Of a stretch of DNA of 10,073 nucleotides, positions 1 to 9,896 are shown in pieces. Both the position numbers and the translations under genes were made by a program. The notes beneath the pieces were generated by a model. That model was not told the DNA's origin, did no database searches, and saw only the letters and a list, made by a program, of their open reading frames with translations. Source of the stretch: Octopus sinensis. Its lineage: Eukaryota. Positions within the stretch are counted from its first letter, which is position 1. Each line of letters starts with the position of its first letter. Location: positions 1 to 10,073 of the forward strand of contig NW_021827463.1 in assembly GCF_006345805.1 (NCBI RefSeq). Reading direction: 5' to 3'.

Positions 1-686
1 CAAGCTATATTACTAAATCCGTCCGTGATGACTGAATCAGTGGTGTAGAATTTGAGTGGATTTGAAAAATTACGCTGTGGATTCTTGAAAAATGATATAA
101 ATTTATAACTTGAGGTCATATTTATGCATCTTGAAAATCATGTTATTTTTGAGAGACATAAATACGATTAATAAAATGTAAACTTGTCAAGAATTTTTAA
201 CTGAAAGCATGCAGATTGCACCAATGCTCCAATGTCAAACATGATGATTAAGCCATAATAAGAACCTGCCTGAAATTGCTGCTGAACCTAGGATATAAAC
301 TTATCTTTTAAAACGATTTAAAACACTTCCATTATTTAGATTTCGTATAAATTTGTTTTACGCTATGTTCAAAACAACAAATTAATAATGGCAAAGTTAA
401 ATTAATAAATCTTTAATTATTTTCAAAATTAATTAAAATAAAGCCTGTGTATTTTAACAAAAATATGGTAGTATAATCGTTAAAGTGATGTACCCTAAAA
501 AGGTTCCATTAAAATTTTATGTTAATTTATGTTCCAGGCGCAAGCTAAACAATCACAAAGTTAAACTAATAAATTTTGTATAATTTTCAAAATTCATTGA
601 ATTTGTGTACTTTAACCGAAATATTGTAACGAAAGTCTTAACACAAATTTTGGAGAACGTCAACGAATTAGCCATTTTTATTTTTG

Positions 687-1095
687 GGTTTGGTTTGCAA
701 GATTCTTTATGTGAGTTCGTGTGTTGAAGCATATTCTGCTGTGTCTGGGGAGAGTCATTTTCTTTTTGTGCCTTATAATTTAACACACTCACCGGTAAAA
801 TTACCACTTATTTCTTATTTTTATTTTCCTAAAACTTTCGTTGCATCTCTCATTCGATGTTATATGTCACTCCAGTGCACCACGATATCAAGAATGTTGA
901 TATCTACCCACGGAGACCATGGGTAGATATCTTGTTTTAAAATGACATGAATTCCTAAAGTTATTATTTAAATTCTAATAGACGCAACGAAAATTTTAGG
1001 AAAATAAAAATGAGAAATAAGTGAAAATTTTACCGGTGAGTGTGTTAAATTATAAGGCACAAAAAGAAAATGACTCTCTCCAAACACAACAGAAT
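687..1095. mobile_element. Foldback insertion: 116-bp inverted arms (733-848 / 980-1095) around a 131-bp spacer, flanked by 23-bp direct repeats; possibly Penelope-like terminal repeat derived
   Basis: Arms are reverse complements with 8 mismatches in 116 nt by manual alignment. The exact direct repeat cgaattagccatttttatttttg lies at 664-686 and 1099-1121. Removing the insert restores the array unit (compare ~2617-2670). The family assignment is inference. Confidence 0.75.
733..1095. repeat. Long inverted repeat, ~93% identical arms
   Basis: attctgctgtgtctggggagagtc...ttcgttgcatct (733-848) versus agacgcaacgaaa...gactctctccaaacacaacagaat (980-1095). Confidence 0.95.
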
Positions 1096-1407
1096 CATCG
1101 AATTAGCCATTTTTATTTTTGTAAGATGGCAGGATTTGATGTAAAAGAAAAATTCACTGCTACTCCTAGCAAGTGAAGCGATCGCATAGAAACTTCATTG
1201 TCCGCTTCTAACGTGTTGTTGTAATTTCTGATCTTCAGTACACCTCAGTGTCAAATTGGTGGGTTCACCTTTTTCATACCAACCACCCTGAAACCTCACA
1301 TAGTTCTGTGATAAATCTTCCTTTTGAAGTGATCTGAATTGAAACCCTCCATCAAAATTTCGCGGTAATTTATGGTTTAATTTATGTTCCAAAAAACTAG
1401 GTAATAA

Positions 1408-1622
1408 AGGTTTCAAATTTTGGCACAAGGCCAGCTATTACAGGATATGGAGTAAGTCGATTACATCAACCCCAGTGTTCAACTTCTACTTATTTTATTG
1501 ACCCCGAAAAGAGAAAAAGTAAAGTCGACCATGGTGGAATTTGAACTGAGAAAGTGAAAACGGATGAAATGCCGCCCAGGGTTTCGTCTGGTACGGTAAT
1601 GATTCTGTCAGCTCGTCACCTT
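1408..1622 (-). mobile_element. tRNA-derived SINE (type B here), full length, diverged
   Basis: Minus strand begins aaggtgacgagctgacagaatc (A-box-like) and has B-box-like agttcaaattcc. The body is homologous to both units at 3401-3850. Degenerate 17-bp TSD: aaaaaactaggtaataa (1391-1407) and aaaagaccgggtaataa (1623-1639). Confidence 0.88.
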
Positions 1623-2005
1623 AAAAGACCGGGTAATAATGCCAAAGTTATTATACCAAATTCTTTATTATTTCCAAGTGTAATTGAAGCAAGGAAGGTT
1701 TTGTAATTTAATAGAAATCAAACCGACAACATCGTCATCCAATTTATCTTTTCCTTTTTAATATAACGTAAATGATAAATTGACTGAAACTTCTAGCAAT
1801 CAGAGTGTCTGCATAGAGGCTTCTTGATTCGCTTCTCATTCGATTTTATATTTCATCTCCAGTGCACCGCAATGTCAAGAATGTTGATATCGAGACAGTT
1901 CCACGGAGACAGTTCCTGTTTCTATGCTACAAATATCTTGTTTTAAAATGATATGAATTTTTAAAGTTATTATTTAAATTCTACATTATTTTCAAAAATA
2001 TTTTA

Positions 2006-2400
2006 GGCGCAGGAGTGGCTGCGCGGTGAGTAGCTTACTTACCAACCACATTGTTCCAGGTTCAGTCCCACTGCGTGGCACCTTGGGCAAGTGTCTTCTA
2101 CTATTGCCTTGGACCAAAACCTTGTGAGTGGATTTGGTAGACGAAAACTGAAAGGCCGTAGTATCTATGTATATATATATGTGTGTGTCTGTGTGTCTGT
2201 GTTTGTCCCCCTAGCATTGCTTGACAACCGGTGCTGGTGTGTTTATGTCCCCGTAACTTAGCGGTTCGGCAAAAAAGACCGATAGAATAAGTACTAGGCT
2301 TACAAAGAATAAGTCCTGGCGGTCGATTTCCTCGACTAAAAGCGGTGCTCCAGCATGGCCACAGTCAAATGACTGAAACAAGTAAAAGAGTAAAAGAGTA
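2006..2400 (+). mobile_element. tRNA-derived SINE (type A here), full length, with internal (TA)/(TG) microsatellite
   Basis: Head ggcgcaggagtggctgcgcgg (A-box-like), ggttcagtccc at 2059-2069 (B-box-like), CORE-like ccttgggcaagt, and an (agtaaaag)n tail. A second copy of its 3' half lies inverted at 9523-9740. Resembles abundant octopus SINEs from memory. Confidence 0.9.
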
Positions 2401-2893
2401 ACAGAAATGTCACAAATCTGTCAAAGTGATCTAAATTATAACTGCCATCAAAATTTCCTATTTAAGTTATGTTCCAAACACAAGCTTAAAAATGACAAAG
2501 ATATTTTACTAAATCTTTAATATTCTATAAATTAATTAAAACAACGTCAGTGTATTTCAACAGAAATATGATAACAAAATGGTTAACGCACACCTGGGAA
2601 TACATCATTTTATGTGCCTTTTTTCTTTTCGAAGACGACAGATTATGTAAGGAAACGAAAATTGACTACTATTTCTAGCAGTTTGACTGACCACATAGAG
2701 GCTTCCTGGTTTATTTCTAGGTGGTCTTTTAATATCTGACCTCCAGTGTACTCCAATGCCAAGTAGACAGTTTAACCCTTTTCATACCAATCTGCTTCAG
2801 ACAATCTCCCATTTTTGTGATACAATCGTTCTCTTTAAAGTGATCTGAATCAAAATCATACATCAAAATTTCATGGAAATTTATATTTTGATA

Positions 2894-3053
2894 ATACAGA
2901 TCTATATTTAAGAGATGAGGAATTATGTACATTATTTACATTATTTACATTATTTACATGTGATGGATATTTGTCCTCATCTTGTTTGTTATTAACACGT
3001 TTCGGTTGATATACTCTCCAACCTTCATCAGGTGTCTTAGGGGGAAATTTCGA
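2894..3053 (-). mobile_element. 160-bp retroelement fragment with hammerhead-like core, probably a Penelope-like element terminal repeat
   Basis: Flanked by the exact 12-bp direct repeat tatattttgata (2882-2893, 3054-3065) and interrupts an array unit. Contains (tacattatt)x3 at 2928-2959 and a hammerhead core on the minus strand. Confidence 0.72.
2994..3036 (-). ncRNA. Degenerate minimal type I hammerhead ribozyme
   Basis: Minus strand reads GACAC-CUGAUGA-A-GGUUG-gagaguauau-CAACC-GAAAC-GUGUU: both core boxes, a 5-bp stem II and a 5-bp stem I (one G-U pair). There is no room for stem III or the NUH cleavage triplet, so this copy is probably inactive. Confidence 0.65.
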
Positions 3054-3400
3054 TATATTTTGATATCTGCCCGCAAATCTAGATTACAAATGGCAAAGTT
3101 ATCGTGTTAAATTCTCCATTTTCTTCAAAAACCTCACTGGAACAAATTTTGTGAATTTCGAAAGAAATATGGCAACAAAAACCTTGGACGACATTATCTG
3201 ATGTGTTTTCTTATTTTTATAAAAGTGTACTGTATGATGTGAAGGATACAAATGACTATTGTTTCTAGCAATTGGATCGGCTACAGAGAGGCTTGGTTCG
3301 CTTCTCAGGGTGTTTTATTTAAAACCTGATATGACGTCTGAATTACATCTCCTCAGACAAGAAAGGGGCCCTTCCGTCCAGTTATTTTCACACAGCTTCT

Positions 3401-3613
3401 TATTTCTTTACTACCCACAAGGGGCTACACATAGAAGGGACAAACAAGGACAGACAAACGGATTAAGTCGATTATATCGACCCCAGTGCGTAACTGGTAC
3501 TTATTTAATCGACTCCGAAAGGATGAAAGACAAAGTCGTCCTCGGCGGAATTTGAACTCAGAACGTAACGGCAGTCGAAATACCGCTAAGTATTTTGCCC
3601 GCCGTGCTACCGT
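3401..3613 (-). mobile_element. SINE type B, downstream unit of a tandem dimer (lacks the first ~16-20 nt of the head)
   Basis: Direct repeat of 3614-3850. B-box-like gagttcaaattcc on the minus strand. Central gtctttcatcctttcggagtcgattaaataagtaccag resembles conserved SINE central domains. Confidence 0.9.
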
Positions 3614-3850
3614 TTCTTATTTCTTTATTGCCCACAAGGAGCTAAACATAGAGGGGACAAGCAAGAACAGACAAAAAGATTAAGTCGATTAGATCAACCC
3701 TAGTGCGTAACTGGTATTTAATTTATCGACCCCGAAAGGATGAAAGGTAAAGTCGACCTCGGTGGAATTTGAACTCAGAACGTAGCAGCAGACGAAATAC
3801 CGCTACGTGTTTCTCCCGGCGTGCTAACAATTCTGCCAGCTCGCCGCCTT
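3614..3850 (-). mobile_element. SINE type B, full-length upstream unit of the tandem dimer
   Basis: Minus strand begins aaggcggcgagctggcagaattgttagc (tRNA-like, A box) with B box gagttcaaattcc. TSD around the whole dimer: ttttcacacagcttct (3385-3400) and ttttcacacaatttct (3849-3864). Confidence 0.92.
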
Positions 3851-4182
3851 TTCACACAATTTCTGTCCACATTTTTCGGTTGATTTGTAGATATAGGAGA
3901 AGACATTTGTCCCACTGATCCACGAAATCGGATTGTGAAAACAAAAGCACGTATTCGAAAACTGTTATTGTTAATCTCACGACTCATAGCAATCCGTGCA
4001 CCCATGATTATCCGATGCACATACTGACATGCAGCAGAAAGATTCAGATTCAGAAAGCTTGTCTGTCATAAGCAACGGGAATAATTGAAAGAAATAATGA
4101 TGCAATCTCACATAAACAAAAGTCACTAACCCTTACATTCAAGAAACACACGGGAACTTATCCGTACAATCTCTAACGAACG

Positions 4183-4193
4183 TGTGCGCGCGC

Positions 4194-4230
<37 letters not shown>

Positions 4231-4332
4231 TAGCAGTGCTCACACACACGCACACTCAAGCATGCACATATATGTGTGAGTGTATATAAATGTATATGTA
4301 TGTATGTATGTGTATATATGTGCGTGTATATA

Positions 4333-4389
<57 letters not shown>

Positions 4390-4509
4390 TATATGGATAG
4401 ATAGATAGATAGATAGAGGGTGAGAGAGAGTGGGGAAAGAAATTGCCAGATTGACCGAGAGAGAGAGAGAGACACAGATAGACAGACAGACAGACAAACA
4501 GATAGATAA

Positions 4510-4568
<59 letters not shown>

Positions 4569-4690
4569 TATAGATAGATAGATAGACAGAGAGACAAACA
4601 GACAGACAGAGAGACATACAGACAGATAGACAGATAGACATATAGATAGATAGACTATTAGAGAGAGAGAGAGAAAGAGATAGAGAGAGA
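4183..4690. repeat. Compound microsatellite (TG)n, (TA)n, (GA)n, (GACA)n, (GATA)n
   Basis: Directly visible; long (GATA)n at ~4500-4585. Confidence 0.97.
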
Positions 4691-4809
4691 AATGTGGAAT
4701 ATCTCTCGTGTCTGGAGATGGATGCACATTCGACAGACAAGATACACGAATACATCCTCACGTTCTCATATATACCACTTTACTTACATTCACATTCCCG
4801 AGCACGCGC

Positions 4810-5560
<751 letters not shown>

Positions 5561-5904
5561 CCATAGTTACAACCACATATACAAATACATCCGCAGTGAA
5601 TGGTTGAGGACACAAACTGGAATGTATGTATTCAAACAGACATACACCACACGCTCACACCCTAACACACACACTATATCTAGTCGCGTGCACACACGAG
5701 ACTTTGATTATATGAAATTGCACATCCATAACGTACAATACTTCTTATTTTCTGAAACTTTCTAACGCTAAAGCTTTCGCCATCACACAATTTCCGGTAT
5801 GGTTAAATAAACGATTTTTCGACATTGGAAACTACCGGAAGAGATTGTTGTGTACAAACTCTAATACACAACAGTTCTTCTTTCATAGACAATGACAAGA
5901 AAAT

Positions 5905-6012
5905 TCAAATAGACAGCATTCTTTTGACGCCTGCATCGATATTGTTGATGGCGATGTAAGGGTTTTCGAGTGACACGAATATGTCGCGTTTTGTTTGTTT
6001 GGAAACGGATAC
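5905..6012 (-). CDS. Candidate terminal coding exon of an unknown gene (VSVSKQTKRDIFVSLENPYIAINNIDAGVKRMLSI*)
   Basis: Preceded on the minus strand by ctctgacttcttgtcacag (branch-like CTGAC, pyrimidines, CAG). In frame with the candidate exon at 6097-6140 across an 84-nt GT-AG intron. No recognised homology. Confidence 0.22.
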   Translation of the reverse strand, partial: VSVSKQTKRDIFVSLENPYIAINNIDAGVKRMLSI

Positions 6013-6096
6013 CTGTGACAAGAAGTCAGAGGAACTTTCGACAAATCAATGCTTAGAATTGGTAGTATCATTGCGGCAGATGTAGAAGACACTTAC

Positions 6097-6140
6097 CAAT
6101 GTCAGAATCGGTTCTTGCCGATTTTCAATGAAGCTGGTTT
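6097..6140 (-). CDS. Candidate 44-nt internal exon (xTSFIENRQEPILTL)
   Basis: Acceptor ttctcttcccatag and consensus donor TG|gtaagt on the minus strand; open frame. No recognised homology. Confidence 0.25.
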
Positions 6141-6329
6141 CTATGGGAAGAGAATTGGCATGTCAGAATTCATTTTATAGTTTTCAATTCTGAAGAGTGC
6201 TCAGAGATATTACAGCCTGAAGGCCACAATGGCAAAAGGAAGCGATTGCCAACGACGGATTCTGTGTAAAAGAATCAAGCACGGATTTCAGTCTTAGTGG
6301 CAATATGAAGAATTTCTAAGAAATGGAAC

Positions 6330-6810
6330 TAGGAAGAAAAAGCACAAAAAAAGTCTATGTATAAAGAAGAAATAAAAAACAAATGAAAAATAAAAACCAA
6401 AAACATAATCAAATAAAGAACAAGACAAAATGCAAAGAATAAAAGAAAAAACAGAAAATTATTTCAAGAACAAAATAAGAGAAAAGTGTAGAAAAAAACG
6501 AAAATAAAAGCTGTCCCTGCTTCTCCCTCAAATAAAAGAAAATGAAAGAAAGAGAAGATGTGGGCGAAATGGAATGGTTTTCAAAGTACAACCCAAATCT
6601 CAATTCCACATATTTATGAATCATGTTTTCTTTGATATTTCTTCATCTCATTCATCATTTGATTTTCGTTCTATTTCAACCTCCTTAGCTTCCTTAGTAT
6701 CCTTCATACTCTCTCTCGTTCTTTCTTCCTTTCTTTCCTTCCTTCCTCCTTTCTTTCTTTCTTTTCCAATTCCAATAAATTATTGACATTTTGGTCACTT
6801 TTATTCTTTT
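6330..6810. repeat. A/purine-rich tract followed by T/pyrimidine-rich tract (low complexity)
   Basis: Composition visible: A-rich ~6330-6560, CT-rich ~6625-6810. Confidence 0.7.
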
Positions 6811-6819
6811 ACATTTCCT

Positions 6820-7037
6820 AATCTACATATACATGCGCACATACATACAAACATACACAGACATGCACACATAATACATACATACATGCATACATACATA
6901 TTTGTGTGTGTGTGTGTGTATATATATATATGTATATGTAGTTATATGTATTTATATATGTATGCATCTCTCTCCATCTCTCTCTATACATATATATATA
7001 TATAGGTAGATAGATAGGTAGGTAGACAGATACACAG

Positions 7038-7076
<39 letters not shown>

Positions 7077-7260
7077 CATACATATGTATATAGTTATATA
7101 ATATATATATGTATATATATATAGTCAAGCAAGATCAACCAAATGATGTCAATGATGCATATATATATATATATATATGTATGTGTGTATATACATATAT
7201 ATCTATATATATACATGTGTGTGTGTATGTATAATTGTATGTATGTATGCATATATTTAC
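6820..7260. repeat. Compound (CA)/(TA)/(TG)/(TACA) microsatellite
   Basis: Directly visible. Confidence 0.95.
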
Positions 7261-7562
7261 ATTCTCAAAGACGCACTTACTTTTTTAAAAAAATTTCTTT
7301 TCTTATTGGACATATCCGTGATACAAGCATCGAGTGGAATCAATTCACAGAATTCATAGATTTGCGGTCGTTGAAGAAGTTTCAAGTTTTCTTTTTATTT
7401 ACTTTTCCTTCCTTATTTCCTTCTTCCTTTCGTTCTTTCTTTCTTCCAATCATCCAATTTTATTTTTATTTTTTTCTTTCTTTCACTTCTTATTTCTTCT
7501 TTTGATTTCTTCTTGACAATTCAATAGGCCGTACGTAAGAAACTCATTTCACTTTTACACAA

Positions 7563-7588
7563 AATAATAACAACAACAGCATAATATA

Positions 7589-7658
<70 letters not shown>

Positions 7659-7688
7659 TAATAATGCTGGATAATAATAATAATAATA

Positions 7689-7724
<36 letters not shown>

Positions 7725-7777
7725 GAATAATAATATATAATAATATATTAATAATAATGATAATAACAATAATGCTG

Positions 7778-7835
<58 letters not shown>

Positions 7836-7842
7836 GATGATG

Positions 7843-7885
<43 letters not shown>

Positions 7886-7933
7886 TAATAATAGTAATAA
7901 CAATAATAATAATATATAATAATAATAAAATAA

Positions 7934-7964
<31 letters not shown>

Positions 7965-8185
7965 AAGAAGAAGAAGAGCAACAAAAACAACTGCAACAAT
8001 GATAGTAAAATAACATCAACAGGATATAATAAGAATAACAGCAATAATAATAAAATGATAATAATAATAATAATAATAATAATAATATAATAATATAATA
8101 ATATAATAATAATAATAATAATATATAATAATAATAATAATAATATATAATAATAATAATAATAATATAATAATAATAATGATGA

Positions 8186-8217
<32 letters not shown>
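7563..8217. repeat. Long imperfect (AAT)n microsatellite with embedded (AAG)14 at 7935-7976
   Basis: Directly visible. Confidence 0.98.
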
Positions 8218-8218
<1 letters not shown>

Positions 8219-8322
8219 TAACAAGTGATTTAGGTAGGGGTTTCACATTTCTAGCCTCTTTTCTTTTCCTTTCATCCTTAGTTTTTCTTGTTGTTTTTAT
8301 TTGTGTGCTTTCTCTGTATTGT

Positions 8323-8327
8323 TATAT

Positions 8328-8393
<66 letters not shown>

Positions 8394-8444
8394 TGTATAT
8401 ATATATATATAATTATAATATGATATATATATATATAATATATA

Positions 8445-8476
<32 letters not shown>

Positions 8477-8485
8477 ATGTAATAT

Positions 8486-8530
<45 letters not shown>
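8323..8530. repeat. Imperfect (TA)n microsatellite
   Basis: Directly visible. Confidence 0.98.
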
Positions 8531-8533
<3 letters not shown>

Positions 8534-8719
8534 GTTTGTTTGATGAGTTTTATGCCACTCAAAAGTGAAAAACTAGATTATCTGTGAGAATCGTCAATAG
8601 AAAACGATCAGAAGTTGAGAAATACATTGGCATAAAATAATAAACATACAAAGACATACAAACAAAGAAAATACCACCACGCTCCCATACATAGAATCTT
8701 ATCAACATATGCACATTCA

Positions 8720-9047
8720 TGCATGCATGTATATGTATATGTGTGTGTGTTTGTGTGTGTGTGTGTCACTGTCTGTGTCTGTCTGTATGTCCGTATATAT
8801 ATGTATGCATGTACGCTAGTATGATTCTAAGTATTTGGTCGTACATACACTCACACACACACACACACACCACATATATATATATATAATACACACACAT
8901 ACACATATATAGTTAAGCCTAAAAGTAAAATGTGGCTCAAGGACTTAGAGTTTCGTGTGTAGTATTTGTCTATACCGTGTTGTACATAAATGTGTGTGTT
9001 ATATCTGTGTATGTGTGCGTTGGTTAATGGATCCATCCATCCATCCA

Positions 9048-9090
<43 letters not shown>

Positions 9091-9096
9091 TATTAT
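8720..9096. repeat. Compound (TG)/(CA)/(TA)/(ATCC) microsatellite and low-complexity tract
   Basis: Directly visible. Confidence 0.9.
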
Positions 9097-9481
9097 ATAT
9101 ATATATAAACGGCAGTTTGTCTGTCTGTGTGTCTGTGTGTCCGTCAGGTTGTACCTCACCCTGACCACGGCTTTCAACCGATTCTGATGAAACTTGACGC
9201 ACACATAGCCCAATGTCATAATTCAAAACTAACGCAGTGAAAATTTTGAAAAGTTTCCCCCAGTTCTGAAAAAAATCGATAAATTCGACATGGGGTCGAG
9301 AATCAGGAATACGAACCACAAACTGTCTAGGGGACGCAACTCTACCTTTTTTAAATCTCAAAAAAAAAATTTACCATAATTGTTTTTTCCATTTTTTGTT
9401 ATTTTTTTTGGCTATAACTCTCTAAAAATACTTTATAGTTATTTCCCTTAGAAACCTGAGCAACGCCGGCGATACTGCTAG
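9097..9481 (+). mobile_element. Non-autonomous Helitron-like element (~385 bp)
   Basis: 5' tatatatataaa followed by a (GTCT/GT)n stretch; internal ttcaaccgattctgatgaaactt typical of invertebrate non-autonomous Helitrons. 3' GC-rich palindrome (cgccggcg, 9464-9471) just before terminal CTAG (9478-9481) followed by T. No TIRs; embedded in (TA)n. The 5' TC is not resolvable, so the start is approximate. Confidence 0.78.
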
Positions 9482-9522
9482 TATATATATATATATATAT
9501 AATATATAATATATATATATAT

Positions 9523-9740
9523 TATTCTTTTTTATTCTTTTACTTGTTTTATTTATTTGACTGCGGCCATGCTGAAGCACCGCCTTTAGTCGAGCAGATC
9601 GACCCCATGACTTATTCTTTGTAAGCCTAGTACTTGTACTATCCGTGTCTTTTGGCGAACCGCTAAGTTACGGGGACGCAAGCACACTAGCATCGGGTGT
9701 CAAGCAATGTTGGGGGACAAACACAGACACACACACATAT
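9523..9740 (-). mobile_element. SINE type A, 3' half only
   Basis: Reverse complement aligns to ~2180-2400 (e.g. gaaccgctaagttacggggac versus gtccccgtaacttagcggttc). Similarity stops in the internal microsatellite. Confidence 0.92.
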
Positions 9741-9825
9741 ACACACACACACATACATGCATACATACATACATACATACATACATACATTCATACATAC
9801 ATACATACATACATACATACATTCA

Positions 9826-9895
<70 letters not shown>

Positions 9896-9896
9896 T
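9741..9896. repeat. (CA)n, (TACA)n, (TA)n microsatellite
   Basis: Directly visible. Confidence 0.97.

Larger units (their letters stand above)
215..3300 (+). repeat. Old degenerate tandem array, ~400-490 bp units (about 5-6 full or partial), interrupted by younger insertions
   Basis: Motifs recur in the same order. 'gactrctatttctagca..catagaggctt'-like at ~1156, 1782, 2664, 3254; 'ccagtgyac..caatgtcaa'-like at ~221, 1235, 1859, 2743; 'aagtgatct..catcaaaattt..ttatgttcc'-like at ~484, 1327, 2424, 2838; 'aatgrcaaagtt'-like at ~387, 551, 1638, 2491, 3089; 'aaatatggtaac'-like at ~462, 619, 2564, 3164. Confidence 0.75.

Noticed and set aside
664-1121. 23-bp direct repeats as a CRISPR array or att sites
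   Set aside because: Only two copies 435 bp apart, in a eukaryotic context with no cas or integrase gene; better explained as a target duplication.
553-1428. ORFs of 84, 80 and 77 aa
   Set aside because: They cross insertion junctions inside repeats and show no recognisable domain.
2006-2080. tRNA-like sequence (also at 3770-3850 and 1540-1622)
   Set aside because: SINE heads continuing into SINE bodies; no complete cloverleaf evident.
3259-3683. ORFs of 98 and 65 aa
   Set aside because: They read antisense through non-coding SINE sequence.
3865-4075. Unique stretch with an open minus-strand frame and a possible acceptor (ttatgacag)
   Set aside because: The frame runs into the SINE with no good donor or recognisable homology; it cannot be supported, though not excluded.
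5792-5840. 8-bp inverted repeat ttccggta/taccggaa (ETS-like sites)
   Set aside because: Too short to distinguish from chance, with no promoter context.
6409-8482. Poly-I/L/Y/N/R and F/S-rich ORFs resembling membrane proteins
   Set aside because: Derived from (AAT)n, (AAG)n, (TA)n and pyrimidine tracts.
9185-9195. CTGATGA resembling a hammerhead core
   Set aside because: Immediately followed by aac with no stem II/GAAA arrangement; part of the Helitron-like internal motif.
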